In this document: one piece after another, positions 35,823 through 47,302 of the stretch
How positions within the stretch are numbered: position 1 is the stretch's first letter
Layout: each line of letters opens with the position of its first letter
Assembly: GCA_054600435.1 (NCBI GenBank)
Contig: BAAIJX010000028.1
Span: 1 to 64,000, forward strand
Direction of reading: 5' to 3'
From: Neophaeotheca triangularis
Taxonomy: Eukaryota
DNA length: 64,000 nt
Notes under the pieces: generated by a model
The model's input: only the letters and a program-made list of their open reading frames with translations
The model's database searches: none
What the model was told of the DNA's origin: nothing
Position numbers and translations under genes: made by a program

Positions 35823-36806
35823 GGGGGTGGGTGTGGAGGACGTGGGCTCCCTTGGCTTATAGCCGGGGAGTCTGCGTGAGTGAGTCGGTTGCCTCGGTGC
35901 TGCGGGGACCTGTCTGGTTTATAATCGGGGGTCCCCTTGTGTTGCTTTGCTGGCTGCTGGCGTTTTGTTCTGCCGCGGAGGGGGGCTCTTTGGCTCGGTT
36001 CTTGTGGGGTTTTGGGGTTCTCTCGTGGAGTTTTGGGGGGTTTCGGGGTTTCGGGGTCCTTTTGCGTGGAGTTTGGGATTTCTTTTGCGGAGTTTTGGGC
36101 TGTTTGACGAGACGAGGCATGGGAATACTGTTGGCTGGGGTCTCTCGGCATGCATAGCAGCTGCTTATAGCGTTGCTTTAGCTTCTTAAAACCAGGAAAT
36201 GGACGGCTTATAGCCTGTTTCTCGGGCATATCTTATATCACTGCTTGTTCATTGAGCACTTAGAGTGACCACAGCGAGCAGCTGTCAGCTTGCAATTTTG
36301 TTGCACCTGCCCAACGACCTACAATATCGATGCTGTGCTCGAGCCAGTGAGACACAAAGAAAGGACTTGGCAACATTCACAACGTTATGTTCGGAGGCCA
36401 GACGATTGAAGCGGTTAACCGAGGACGTTTAACCGGCTTTCTTCACTGAGTGAACAGTGAGTAGCCTTACCTGCACGTGATTGAAGAGTGTTTGAGAAAG
36501 CAAGCGAGACATGTAGATTTTTGGGTTATCTAGTGATTGGCTATTCACTGGGCCCGGCCGTGTGCCCAAAGGTTTTCCGGGCTCTTAGATAGAATTTAGC
36601 GCTTCACACTGATCCCCTAGCTCCAGAATGTTCCCCAGCCCTCTGCGGCTCTTCGTTCCTCGTGTATATGGCAGTCTCGTTCTCCTCCTCACCAGGGCCC
36701 TCCATCTGCAACTAGAAATGAGCTTTTCTAAGTGTTAGTAGGCGAAATGAAGTATCATTTTATCCTGGCAGGCTCAAATTTACCAAAGCATTGCTTTCGC
36801 TTCCGC

Positions 36807-37230
36807 TTAGTGGGAGCTATCACCCTTAGACGACGACGAAACCGAAGAGTCCGTGGAGTTGACAAACTTTGTGACGGCTTTGCCTCCGGTCGTATCGAGC
36901 TCGACCGTCTCCCACTCGACGAGCTCGCGATCTTTGTGTAGTTTATCACGGCCAGCGCACCAGGCCCCATGTTCTGCTAGGCATCAGCAACAGTTTGCGC
37001 CGGGAGGCTCTATCAGCCAGCTTACCCTCTTCCGCCTCATCGTCACCGCCGTTCTTATCCAACATGTCCGCCTCGCTGAGATTGATATCGTCTTCCATGC
37101 CATCAGGACGTGGTAGAAGCCTCGACAACACTGTTTGGCTGTTGAGCTTTTTGGGGTTGGGATTTGCAATCTTCTCCAATTGCTTCAGGGAGAATTTGAG
37201 AGCGCCCTTGATAACCACCTTGGTGCTCAT
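36807..37230 (-). CDS. Small two-exon hypothetical protein (~124 aa) with NAGNAG acceptor
   Basis: MSTKVVIKGALKFSLKQ...EAEE, GTAAGC donor, GCTGAT branch, TAGCAG acceptor, open to TAA at 36807. Confidence 0.45.
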
Positions 37231-38406
37231 GATGTTCATGCTGAGTGTGTGACCTTATTTGGGTGGAGTAGGTCTTTGTTTGTGGTATTGTAAAGCAGTG
37301 AGTGTACGTGCTAAGCGCGATTCTTGGGGGTTCTTATAGTAGAGAGGGAACCGTGACAGAACAGCGAAAGACTAAGCCGTTCTTGTAGGCGATTAGCCAT
37401 TGTGCCGAGGAGGTGGTATTAATGAGCTTCATAGTTCGACTTTACACTGATATGCAGGTTTCGTGCAATTCGAATGATACGGAAGTGTTGCAGAACCAAG
37501 TCGATAGAGGACGGGAGCGTTGTGCGGCCGAAGTAATAGATAGTAGCTGCCGTATACGGCAACTTTCGGGATTGAAAAGCTCGATCTGATGCAGGTAGCG
37601 GTATATAAGATTGCTAGAGTGGCTTGGTAGGGTATAAGCCTGGAAATCGTCGGTTCGAGTGCTGCGATTGCATTGTGGTGATACACGATACGGCTGTGTT
37701 CGAAGGTGATGTGGTGTCGAAGTCGTGATGGTGGAAGAGTGCACGCACGCTACGAAGGCGCAAGAGAGGAGAAGATGACGACCGTCCCGGTTGACCTTGT
37801 TGATGACCCAGCAAAAAGGAGAGAAGGAGGCGAAGTATGCAGCCTGAAAGAAAAAGAGGAAAAGAAACTCCCTTGAAGGGAGAAGAAACCACTTTGCAAT
37901 GCTAGTTTGCAATGCTAGTACCCGAAGGCTGGTTTACTTTTTAAAGGAATGGGGGGTGGGGGTCGAACCTACGCTGTTTTAGGGGGCTTCAGCTGAGCGG
38001 TGTTGGTCTTTTCTGTAGAAGTGTCAGCGAAATTGCAATTTGGGAAAGGGTAGAAGGGGAACGTACCATTGCTCCTGGTCAGTTTCGAGCTGAAGTATAG
38101 TATTGAGAACTTGAACATATAGTTTGATTGCATGAGCTGCACTTTCAGCGCATGCATCGGACTCGGACCTTGGGCCTTGTGGGTTGAGAGTGAGGAGGTC
38201 GGTCTGACTGCGTGCAAGCCGTCTATGTAGGGACATCAGCATTGTGGTGAAAGTGCACGCCTCGTGAATTTACCGTACCTTTCTGACACGCGGACGTCAC
38301 CTTCACTGCGTGTTTCGATCTGCGTGCTTTGTTTACTGCCGCATACGACAATAACGCTCAGCAAGTCTCAAACAAACATACTGCTTCGCGCTCCTTCACC
38401 ACAAAC

Positions 38407-39393
38407 ATGTCGAACGGCAACATGCCTCGCGCACCACCACCTGCACGTCGCCGGGTTTCGGCAAACAGGAGTCCAACACGCTCGGTCTCAGCAGCTAGTC
38501 AGCAGCACTTCGAGCAACATCTGAGCGAGATGCTGCGCGAGGATCGTATCCGGCATGCTCCACCACCTGCGACGCGCCAGCTTACCTCAACGAGACCTCC
38601 TCCGTCTCCAACTCAGAGACAATTAAGACAGACAAATCGCGTAGCCGAGGCGGGAATCAGCGCGAGCCATGGACGTTTTTCTTCGAACAGAAATCAGACC
38701 TACCAACACCAACGACATTTCTCCCCTCCCCTACCTTCAACACAGCAGGAACGTCACCACCGCCCACCAGAACACGATTACAGCCAGCGCGAGACCTACA
38801 CTGAACGATCCCAATCCCACCGTAGCCCAGGTCCAGCCGTCCGCAGTCTCGCCACCGACAGTTCAGGCCGCGCTTACCTCGTGGAAAGAGAACCGAGCAA
38901 CACTTACACCGACACCTCCATGCCATCCTCGCCCCTGACAGCTCAAACGGCACCCACGGCAATTCACCAACCCTTCCCGATCCTTCGACCTACTACTAGC
39001 GCCTTGACTGGGGTCGAATCCCAGCAACGAGGCCGGCCGTTTGCTTGGCAGGGAAATGGTACCGAGTTACGTGCTGCGTACATTAGTGGAGAGGAGTATG
39101 CGATGAGAGCGGCGGTGTGGCAGAGGCAGCAACGGGAGCGTGAGAGGATCAAGAGAGAGCAGGAGCGTCGCATACTTCGGGATGAACAGGAGAGGGCAAA
39201 GGAAATAGAGCAGCAGCATAAGACGCCGGGGCTGTCTACGGCTTTCACGCGGAGCTTGACGGCTGGGAATGGATCGCCAACCAGAGATGCTACCGGTGGT
39301 GGTGGAGATAGAGGACTTGTAGCAGAAGCGTCTGGACGCGATCGGAGAGAGAGGCAGAGGTACTGGGATACCGTACTTGATCGGAATGACTAG
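38407..39393 (+). CDS. Hypothetical Arg/Ser/Pro-rich disordered protein with short coiled coil
   Basis: ~328-codon open frame; no domain recognised. Confidence 0.55.
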   Translation: MSNGNMPRAPPPARRRVSANRSPTRSVSAASQQHFEQHLSEMLREDRIRHAPPPATRQLTSTRPPPSPTQRQLRQTNRVAEAGISASHGRFSSNRNQTYQHQRHFSPPLPSTQQERHHRPPEHDYSQRETYTERSQSHRSPGPAVRSLATDSSGRAYLVEREPSNTYTDTSMPSSPLTAQTAPTAIHQPFPILRPTTSALTGVESQQRGRPFAWQGNGTELRAAYISGEEYAMRAAVWQRQQRERERIKREQERRILRDEQERAKEIEQQHKTPGLSTAFTRSLTAGNGSPTRDATGGGGDRGLVAEASGRDRRERQRYWDTVLDRND

Positions 39394-39879
39394 ATGGGTC
39401 GTTGTACAGTGCGATACGTGCTACTCACTGGACAGAATACGAAAGGTACCAATGTAGAGAGTTGTGGCCGAAAAGCCGTGAAAGGCGGACGAAGAACCTA
39501 GTAAAGGAAGGGTTTGACCTGCCATCAGTAGTATTGCAGCAATAATCTCCCTGGTAGAGCCCCTTACGACTGGATATATTCAGATCAAGCGCGAAAGAAG
39601 GTGAAGTGAGGGTGGTGAAGTAAAGTCAAATTCTAGATTGACCCCTGTACAATGTCGGGCGCGTCATCCCGCTTAGAGATGGAGAATAATGCCAAGGCCA
39701 GCTTTATTGAGGCTGGACTACATGTCCTCGATGAGCTGCTACCACGTACGCTACTCCCAGTTCGACCATTGACTGATACTGTCCTCGCCCCTGTGACCTT
39801 CTCTCGACAACAGCTCAGATAACCGAAATCCTATTCAGAAATATCGTCGACCTCGTAGCGACTTCACAAGACTTCTACC

Positions 39880-41706
39880 ATGTCCAGGAGACCGCCAGAC
39901 CGCACGGAGCAGAACAGGGCCACGCTCAAGCAGCTCGTCAAGCTCGAAGCCAACAAATCATGCGCCGACTGCAAACGAAACAAACACCCGCGATGGGCGT
40001 CTTGGAACCTGGGAATCTTCATGTGTATCCGCTGTAGTGGTATCCACCGTGGCATGGGCACTCACATCTCTCGAGTAAAGAGTGTAGACCTCGACTCTTG
40101 GACCGATGAACAGATGGCAAACATGCTCAAATGGGGCAATGCGCGAGCAAACAAGTACTGGGAGAACAAACTTGCCGAAGGACATGTGCCGAGTGAGAGT
40201 AAGATTGAAAACTTTATCCGCACAAAGTATGACAGCAAGCGGTGGGTGATGGATGGACCAATCCCGGATCCGGCAACGCTGGATACTGAGGGTGACGACG
40301 ATGTGCCTTTGAATGTTGTCAGGGAAAAGGCGTCGATAGAGAGGAGCGCGAGCTTGAGGAACGGTACTGCTTCCTCGGGTCCGAGAGGGAGCTTGCCAGG
40401 GCCACCACAAGCACCAAGACCGCAAGAGGTAGATTTGTTTGGCGATACCCCGGGACCATCGCTTGCTAGACCGAACACTACAGAGCCGGCAGTGAGAGGT
40501 GTGCCGCCACCGAGTAAGGCTCCCGCGGCCGCGCCTAAACAGACCAAGCCAGGGGAGAGCTTGCTTGGGTTGGACTTCTTTGGTGGCACGTCATCCGCAC
40601 CGCCTGCTCGTCCATCGAGTGCTGCATCAGGAGGAGGGAGTACGCCGGGTGTGCCTGGTAGGACGGATCTCAAGCAGTCTATCTTGTCACTTTATTCTTC
40701 CGCTCCACGACAGTCTTCGGCACCACAATCACAGCAAAGCTCCTCCAATGCTTTTGGAGGCATGACGGGTATGCAATCGCCTCCTGTGACTTCGCCTATG
40801 CAACAGCAGTCGAACGCTCAATCTCTGGCGGGCATGAACGACGCTTTCGGGGGTTTGTCATTCGCCTCCCCTCCGCCGCAACAGCAGAAGCAAGACTCCT
40901 TCGCCAACCTTACATCGCCATCCCACAACAGACAGCCCTCTGCTCAGAAGGCCAACGCTCTAAGCGGTGGCAGCTTCTTTGACGTCAAGCCTGCTCTGCC
41001 ACTAAAACCAACATCACCACCTTCGAAGCCAGCCGCAACCGCTTTCAGCAACGACTGGGGCAACGACTTTGGCGACTTCACCACAGCACCCGCGCCCCCA
41101 ACAACAACCAAATCGCCCCCACCAACTCAAAAACCCAGCAATGTAATGGACTCCCTCTTCGACATGTCCGCTCCGGCACCACCACCCAAAACATCCCCCG
41201 CCCCAACCGCCACAGCCTCCAAACCCCCTCCAATCTCAGCCACAAACTACAGCCAAGCCAGCAGCGCCTTTAATCTTTCCCAACCCGCGCCCAAACCCGC
41301 GCCCGCACCCGCCCAACCCACAACCACCACTGCTTCTTCATCGGCCTTCTCCGGTCTGAGCAACATGGACGCCTGGGGCTCCAACGACGCCTGGTCTACC
41401 CCGGATCCACCCGCCCCTTCCAACCCCAGCGTCCCGAAAGCCACTCCCGCTTCGCCACCGAAACCCGCTGCGCCCGCTATGCAGACGCCTTTTGATGCCG
41501 GCGGCTGGGGCGACGCACCCGCTTCTTCGAGTGCAGGCGGCGTGAGCGTGCAGCAGGATGAGGAGTTTGGAGCCTGGGGGCATGCTAGTCCCATTGCGAC
41601 TACGAGCAGTACTTCGGGGGGAAATGTCGGGGGGAACAAAAGTGCTGGTACGGGTGCTGGGGGGTTTGCGGGGCAGGATGATTTGTTTGGGAATGTGTGG
41701 GGTTGA
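39880..41706 (+). CDS. ArfGAP domain protein (SMAP/Age2-like), intronless
   Basis: CADC-x16/17-CIRCSGIHR zinc finger, SRVKSVDLDSW, FIRTKY; DLF/DFF/WG motifs in a disordered tail. Confidence 0.93.
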   Translation: MSRRPPDRTEQNRATLKQLVKLEANKSCADCKRNKHPRWASWNLGIFMCIRCSGIHRGMGTHISRVKSVDLDSWTDEQMANMLKWGNARANKYWENKLAEGHVPSESKIENFIRTKYDSKRWVMDGPIPDPATLDTEGDDDVPLNVVREKASIERSASLRNGTASSGPRGSLPGPPQAPRPQEVDLFGDTPGPSLARPNTTEPAVRGVPPPSKAPAAAPKQTKPGESLLGLDFFGGTSSAPPARPSSAASGGGSTPGVPGRTDLKQSILSLYSSAPRQSSAPQSQQSSSNAFGGMTGMQSPPVTSPMQQQSNAQSLAGMNDAFGGLSFASPPPQQQKQDSFANLTSPSHNRQPSAQKANALSGGSFFDVKPALPLKPTSPPSKPAATAFSNDWGNDFGDFTTAPAPPTTTKSPPPTQKPSNVMDSLFDMSAPAPPPKTSPAPTATASKPPPISATNYSQASSAFNLSQPAPKPAPAPAQPTTTTASSSAFSGLSNMDAWGSNDAWSTPDPPAPSNPSVPKATPASPPKPAAPAMQTPFDAGGWGDAPASSSAGGVSVQQDEEFGAWGHASPIATTSSTSGGNVGGNKSAGTGAGGFAGQDDLFGNVWG

Positions 41707-42152
41707 AACTGTCAGTGCCAGAGGCGCATTTTAGGTTATGCTCATTGTGTCTGTCGAGACGGCTTAATTGATCGATATTGATGTCTGGAGCTGTACTATC
41801 GCCCATCTTGCTGGCGCCTAATTATCCTTAAAGTGTATATACGCCATGAGCGCCTTGCTAGAAACGCAATCAAAATGCAACGCCATCTCCCTTCCATGCT
41901 GCTGCCGCCCTGGGTCTGCGTACGCACTTTCCGCTGCCTTTTGCCTGCCTTGCTTGCCTGGGAAGTCCAGCCCTAATATCGCGGGACAGCACTGCCTTCA
42001 TCTTTCAAAGAAGATATCTCTGCACCCGCTTTTAAAGTCCACGCCCACTCCACAATACCACCACCCAACATCCCCTCCTCGTCCCGAAAAGTAGCCCCCG
42101 CTGCAGCTCCTCTCTACCATTATCCCACAGCCCTCCGTACCCAGCCTAGCCC

Positions 42153-42513
42153 TCAAAACAGCAACCTCCAAAGCCAACCCCCTACAACCCAAACCAACAC
42201 CCCGGCCACAATCAGAATCCCCGCCAGTTTCAACACAGCAACTTTATCCCCACTCTTCGCCATCCTTGTCAACCGACTCGCGCTCCCCTTGAGACTACCA
42301 CCCATGGAAGAGAAAGTCTCGGAAGTGCTGTCGATTACGCCCTGGTCGCGCGCATTGTCGTAGATGTCGATGGTTACGCCGCGGAGAGCGGAGACTTTTT
42401 GGGAGAGGGCGGTGATGGAGTCGTTGTTTTGGCTGTGAGGGGTTAGCTTTGGATGATGGGAGTGGTGGGGACGGGGTAGGGCTGTACCGTTCTCGTTCGT
42501 AGGAGTCGGACAT
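42153..42513 (-). CDS. Small tail-anchored Qc-SNARE (Bet1/Sft1-like); exons 42513-42488, 42432-42153
   Basis: Heptad LSQKVSALRGVTIDIYDNARDQ, C-terminal TM; GTACAG...GCTAAC...CAG intron. Confidence 0.85.
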
Positions 42514-42901
42514 TTCGGTGGAAGATTTGGGGGCGGTCTTTGGTCTGGGACGGGATGTGGTGGTGTGGATTGAGGTTGATTTCTTTGAGGGTTGGCTTTG
42601 TTATGCGAGTGGTATTGATATGTGTAGGGAGGTACGTTATATGCTCGTGATCGAGGTCGAGGTGAACAAGCCGGCCTCGGCGACGCGACTGGCCGGGCTT
42701 GTCGCAACGTCATCCCTCACGACGCAGCTTATTAGGTATGCCGTGTATGCTCTCTCTGTAACAACAACTCATACCTGACAAGTATATCACGCGCGTGCAG
42801 TCCTGCGGATCCTACTACCTCTTCCTTCCTTCCCTTCAAGTCGCGACGAAGCGCGTAGTTCATTCCTGAAAGAGTCTTCCACCGCGAAAAGGGCAGCCAA
42901 A

Positions 42902-44319
42902 ATGCCGCCCTTCATCAACAACCCGCTGCCGGCGTCCATGAGGAGTAAGATTGCTACAGTCAAGAGTACACAGACACTTTCCGGCTAATACAGTATGGCC
43001 AGGCGAATGCAAAAAGACGGGCCGCATTCTCGCTTCCTTTGTCGACCCGAAACAGGCCTTTGGACCCGACAAAGTCATCCCACCGCAGGTTCTCGCGCAA
43101 GCAAAAGGCCTGGCTATCATGACCGTATTCAAGGCTGGGTTTTTGGGGAGTGGAAGATTCGGCTCCGGTGTTGTGGTGGCAAGGCTGAGTGACGGAAGTT
43201 GGTAAGGCGGCAACACACACGCACACGGATACGCATCGAGAATGGATATCTGACCAGCTGGCTTCTCGCAAATACAGGTCCGCACCCACAGCAGTAGGAA
43301 CCGTCGGTGGTGGTTTCGGCGGGCAAATTGGCTTCGAACTTACCGACTTCGTCTTCATCCTCAACGACGCCATGGCCGTCAAGACTTTTGCGCAAGCCGG
43401 CAGCATCACCCTCGGCGGTAACGTCTCCTTAGCCGCGGGTCCCGTCGGCCGTAACGCCGAAGCAGCTGGAGCAGCCTCCCTTAAAAGCATTGCAGGTATC
43501 TTCTCATACTCGAAAACGAAGGGTCTCTTCGCGGGAGTCAGTCTGGAAGGCAGTGCGCTCATTGAGCGAAGAGATGCCAACGAGAAACTCTACGGCCGCC
43601 GCGTCACAGCCAGAAGTCTGCTAAGCGGCGAAGTCCCCGTGCCCCCCGGCGCCGAACCCCTCATGCGTGTTCTCAACGGCCGCGTCTTCGCCGGCGTTGG
43701 CGGACCCATGGGTAGATCCGCTGACGACGCCATGTACAACGACATACCCGTGTACGATGACACACACGAAGACGTCGTCTGGCAAGGGCGTACAGGTAGC
43801 GCATACGGAGAAGGTGTGCGTTCCGACCGCACAGGCACTGGCAGCATGGCTGGCACCCCGACCGGTTTCGGCCGCGGCAACGACAACGACTACAATTTCA
43901 CAGACTCTGGCAACGGCGGTCGCATGCAACCGCAGAGATCCTCTACTTGGCAAGACGACTCGTACGGCAGCGGCCGCGCAGATCCGAACGCGACTTTCGA
44001 CCGTCTAAACGGCTCACGTGGCAGGAGCAGCACGTTCGGCGACCAGAGCGATTACAGCTATAGCGATCGCAAGACTGCGCCGCCCCCAGGCAGACCCAGC
44101 GCACCAAAACCGAGCTTCGGGAGAACGAAGAGTGCTGCTGGGCCTGGTCAGGCCGTTGCGAAGTTCACATTCGATGCCGATCAGCCGGGGGATCTGGGGT
44201 TCAAAAAGGGCGAAGTCATTACGATTGTCAAACGTACAGAGAGTGAAAGTGATTGGTGGACAGGGAGAATTGGGGATCGAGAAGGCATCTTTCCGAGCAA
44301 CTACGTTGATGTTGCTTAA
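42902..44319 (+). CDS. YSC84: SYLF/YAB plus SH3 actin-endocytosis protein (Ysc84/Lsb3/SH3YL1), 3 exons
   Basis: INNPLP, KAGFLGSGRFGSGVVVARL, GGQIGFELTDFVFILN, C-terminal SH3 (DWWTG...GIFPSNYV). Confidence 0.93.
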
Positions 44320-45434
44320 GGAATGAGACATGAGTGTGGTCGAGAAGATGCCGATGACAGGGGAAAATCCTGGACCGAAACGATGCCTAGAATGTCGGCG
44401 GAGAGAACCACGGCCTCGTACACGACCACTATCAAACCAGAGACTGAAGAAAACACACGGCCGAGCTTGGACGATTTCCACGACGAGAGCGAGAAGAGAG
44501 CGGAACTTAAAAAGCGAGAGCGAGCTTAGCAGGATGCTCACATACTCACGGCCCGATTTAGTTTGTTTTGTGCATAAGAAACCCTTCTGAGCGTGTCGCC
44601 GTTTGCAAATATTTGCTGCGTTTACGTGGCGTTGGAGGGGGCGCGTCACCGTCTTTTCCCGCATCTTCCCCCGGCAGGTACTAGAGTGGAGCAAAGCAAG
44701 CCGTGCAAGCCCCAGGGGAGGGGGAGAGGCTATATACTGTAGATACCTAGGTAGCTTGCTTTCTTTTTTTTTCACTGTTTACGTCTCATGTTTTTTCAAA
44801 AACTGTTGTTAGTGCTTTGCGTTTTGCGTGTGCTTGGTTCGTAAAGGGGCTCTGTTTGACCGGTCGGGTATTCCTGCGCTTGATTTTGCCTGGGAGGTTG
44901 TGGGAAAAGTCACCCTCGATTAATCACCCTTTGTGGGATGGGTTAGTCGTGGTTGTCCAAGTCGGTAGCAGTGTTTTTCGGGAGTGACCGATTGCAATTT
45001 CTCGCGGCTTTGATGAGGGAAAACGCCTAGAATTGTTGCCTATTTACCTATAGAGTGTACTGAAAGTACAGGGGCGGTAAACAAACTTAATCCCCCGGCC
45101 GAAGTGAAAGTCGAAGTGCAGTTGAAAATAGTAATGGACAATAAGATGGCATCAAGCAGCTCGACGACAACAGGAAGCCGGTAAATTATAAGCCCAATGT
45201 TTTTCCGTTAGTCCCAGACATAAATTTTGTGCGAAAGCAAAAAGGGGTGCTGGATTAGAGGCAATCGACGTGTTTGTATAGGCTGTCTAGCTAGTACCGG
45301 GTTAACTGACTCTTGCAATGCTATGTAGGTACCTTGGGACTATCTACTACCTTGCTTCCTTGCTTCTGTGCTCCTCCGCGCTAAGGTACTATGTTATACT
45401 ACCTAAATAGCGCCCGGAGCACTAGATCGCTCAC

Positions 45435-45790
45435 TAGTTAACTGATTGACTGACTAGTTGATTGACTGACTAGCTAATTAATTGATTGATTGATCGATTG
45501 AATGACTGATTGACTGACTGGCTGATTGATTAATTGATTGATTAGCTAATTGATAGATTGACTGATTGACTAATTGATTGATTGATTAACTAATTGATTG
45601 ACTGATTGATTAATTGATTGATTGATTAACTAACTAACTGACTGACTGACTGACTAACTAACTAACTAACTACCCAACTACCCAACTACCCAACTACCCA
45701 ACTAACCACCTCACCAACTAACCCCCTAACTAATTACCTCACCAACTAACCAACCACCCCAATTAACCCCCTAACTAATTACCTCCGCGA
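45435..45790. repeat. Compound micro/minisatellite: (TGAT/TGAC/TAAT/TAAC)n, (TACCCAAC)4, duplicated TAACCCCCTAACTAATTACCTC
   Basis: Directly visible. Confidence 0.92.
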
Positions 45791-45847
45791 GCTAGCTAGT
45801 AGTCGACGAAACGAGCTAGAGAGATACTCGGGTAAGGGAGCCGCGAC

Positions 45848-46043
45848 TTCTACTTTACTCTACTTTGCTCTACTTTGCTTTACTTGCTCTACTTGCTCTA
45901 CTTGCTCTACTTGCTCTACTTGCTCTACTTGCTCTACTCGCTCTACTTTGCTCTATTTACTCTACTTGCTTTACTTGCTTTACTTGCTTTACTTGCTTTA
46001 CTTGCTCTACTTGCTCTACTTTGCTCTACTTGCTCTACTTGCT
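45848..46043. repeat. 9-bp minisatellite (CTTGCTCTA/CTTGCTTTA)n
   Basis: About 20 units; produces spurious LAL/LYL ORFs. Confidence 0.92.
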
Positions 46044-46162
46044 GTGCGAGAAATGGCTAGCTGGCTGGATGGCTGGATGGCTGGCTAGGTATTGCGGCGA
46101 GGAGACGACGAGACCCGGGGGGCTTGGGGTGAGGGACGGGTTTGGTTGGTAAGGTGGGTGTT

Positions 46163-46243
46163 AAAGAGGTCCGAGTTTCAAAGAGGTCTAGTTTCAAAGA
46201 GGTCTAGTTTCAAAGAGGTCTAGTTTCACAGAGGTCTAGTCTC
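46163..46243. repeat. 16-bp tandem repeat AAAGAGGTCTAGTTTC x5
   Basis: Three exact and two variant head-to-tail copies, no spacers. Confidence 0.92.
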
Positions 46244-46384
46244 AAAAGATATACTATGCTACATCAGAGCTACCTCATACGAGTATAATTAATCATCAAC
46301 AAAAGCAGAAAAAGAATCGCCGCTTGAGTATTCTCGTCCAAAACCCACCCCCGGCGATTACCTTTCTTCCTCACCCCTCCCCAA

Positions 46385-47302
46385 TCAAACCCAAACCCCC
46401 GAGTCCCTCCTTCTCTCCCCCTTCTCATATCCCTTCCTCGCCGGCTCCCGGATCTCAACCCGATAACCCCCGGGTTTGCGCTTCTGCATATCCCTCTCGT
46501 AAAGCGAGCCCCGCTTCCCCGAATTCCCCGGGGAGCGTCGCGGTGGCGCCGTCGTATAGCCGTCGTCCTCGATATTACCGTCCTGCGAGTCGTTGATGAC
46601 GATGGTTTTGTACTTTGAGGGCTTGGGTTTGGAGGACGGTGATGATGAAGAAGGAGGAGAAGAAGAAGAAGTAGCGGGGATTTTGTGGCTGCGGTTGCGG
46701 TCCGGGTGGCCGGGCTCGAGCGTGATTTTGGTTTCGGGGTAGCCGGTTTCCTCTCGCCGGCGGGGGTGCTTTTCTTCGTCGCCGTGGCGGGCGGGAATGG
46801 GATGGGATTGGTTGTAGCTGATGATGGGCGCGGACTTCTTTTCTTTGGATCGGAGGCGGTGCTCGTTGGCTTTGAGAAGGAGTGGGACTTGCTGGTAAGT
46901 GCTCGGGACTTCGAGATGGACGGGCTGGCTTTGGTTGTCGTTGGGATGGGCAGTGCTGTAGATGACGCCGTCGCGGCTGTAGACGTGGATGGCGACGTCG
47001 AGGGCTAGGCCGTGTCCGCTGTCGCAGAGTTGGCGGTTTTCACGCCAGGCGCGGTGGGGGTTGTGGCAGGCGGAGCAGGCGCGGGCATGGAGCTCGAAGT
47101 TGTAGAGGGACCAGGCTTCGGTTGGGGTTGGGGGTCGGGAGATTCCTGAGACGGGGCCGCCGGATGTTGAGGCTGGGAAACGGACGGTCTTTGGTGGTGA
47201 GGAGGGGTTTGATGGGAAGTAGGCTTTGGAGGTGCGAGGGCTGGAGGGTTGTGTTTCGTCGATGACGATGCGTGGTTTTGGACGGGTGCGAGTGCCAGGC
47301 AT
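46385..47302 (-). CDS. Hypothetical protein with putative Zn-binding H-x3-C-x2-C...C-x2-GH module
   Basis: PTPTEAWSLYNFELHARACSACHNP...LCDSGHGLALDV within a 305-codon ORF. Confidence 0.75.
   Translation of the reverse strand: MPGTRTRPKPRIVIDETQPSSPRTSKAYFPSNPSSPPKTVRFPASTSGGPVSGISRPPTPTEAWSLYNFELHARACSACHNPHRAWRENRQLCDSGHGLALDVAIHVYSRDGVIYSTAHPNDNQSQPVHLEVPSTYQQVPLLLKANEHRLRSKEKKSAPIISYNQSHPIPARHGDEEKHPRRREETGYPETKITLEPGHPDRNRSHKIPATSSSSPPSSSSPSSKPKPSKYKTIVINDSQDGNIEDDGYTTAPPRRSPGNSGKRGSLYERDMQKRKPGGYRVEIREPARKGYEKGERRRDSGVWV

Noticed and set aside
45660..45790. Telomeric repeat array
   Set aside because: CTAACCCC-like words occur but there is no tandem (CCCTAA)n
45865..46152. Leu-rich ORFs (LAL/LYL repeats)
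   Set aside because: Translations of a 9-bp minisatellite
46163..46243. CRISPR-like direct repeats
   Set aside because: Head-to-tail 16-mers with no spacers, no cas genes, eukaryotic context
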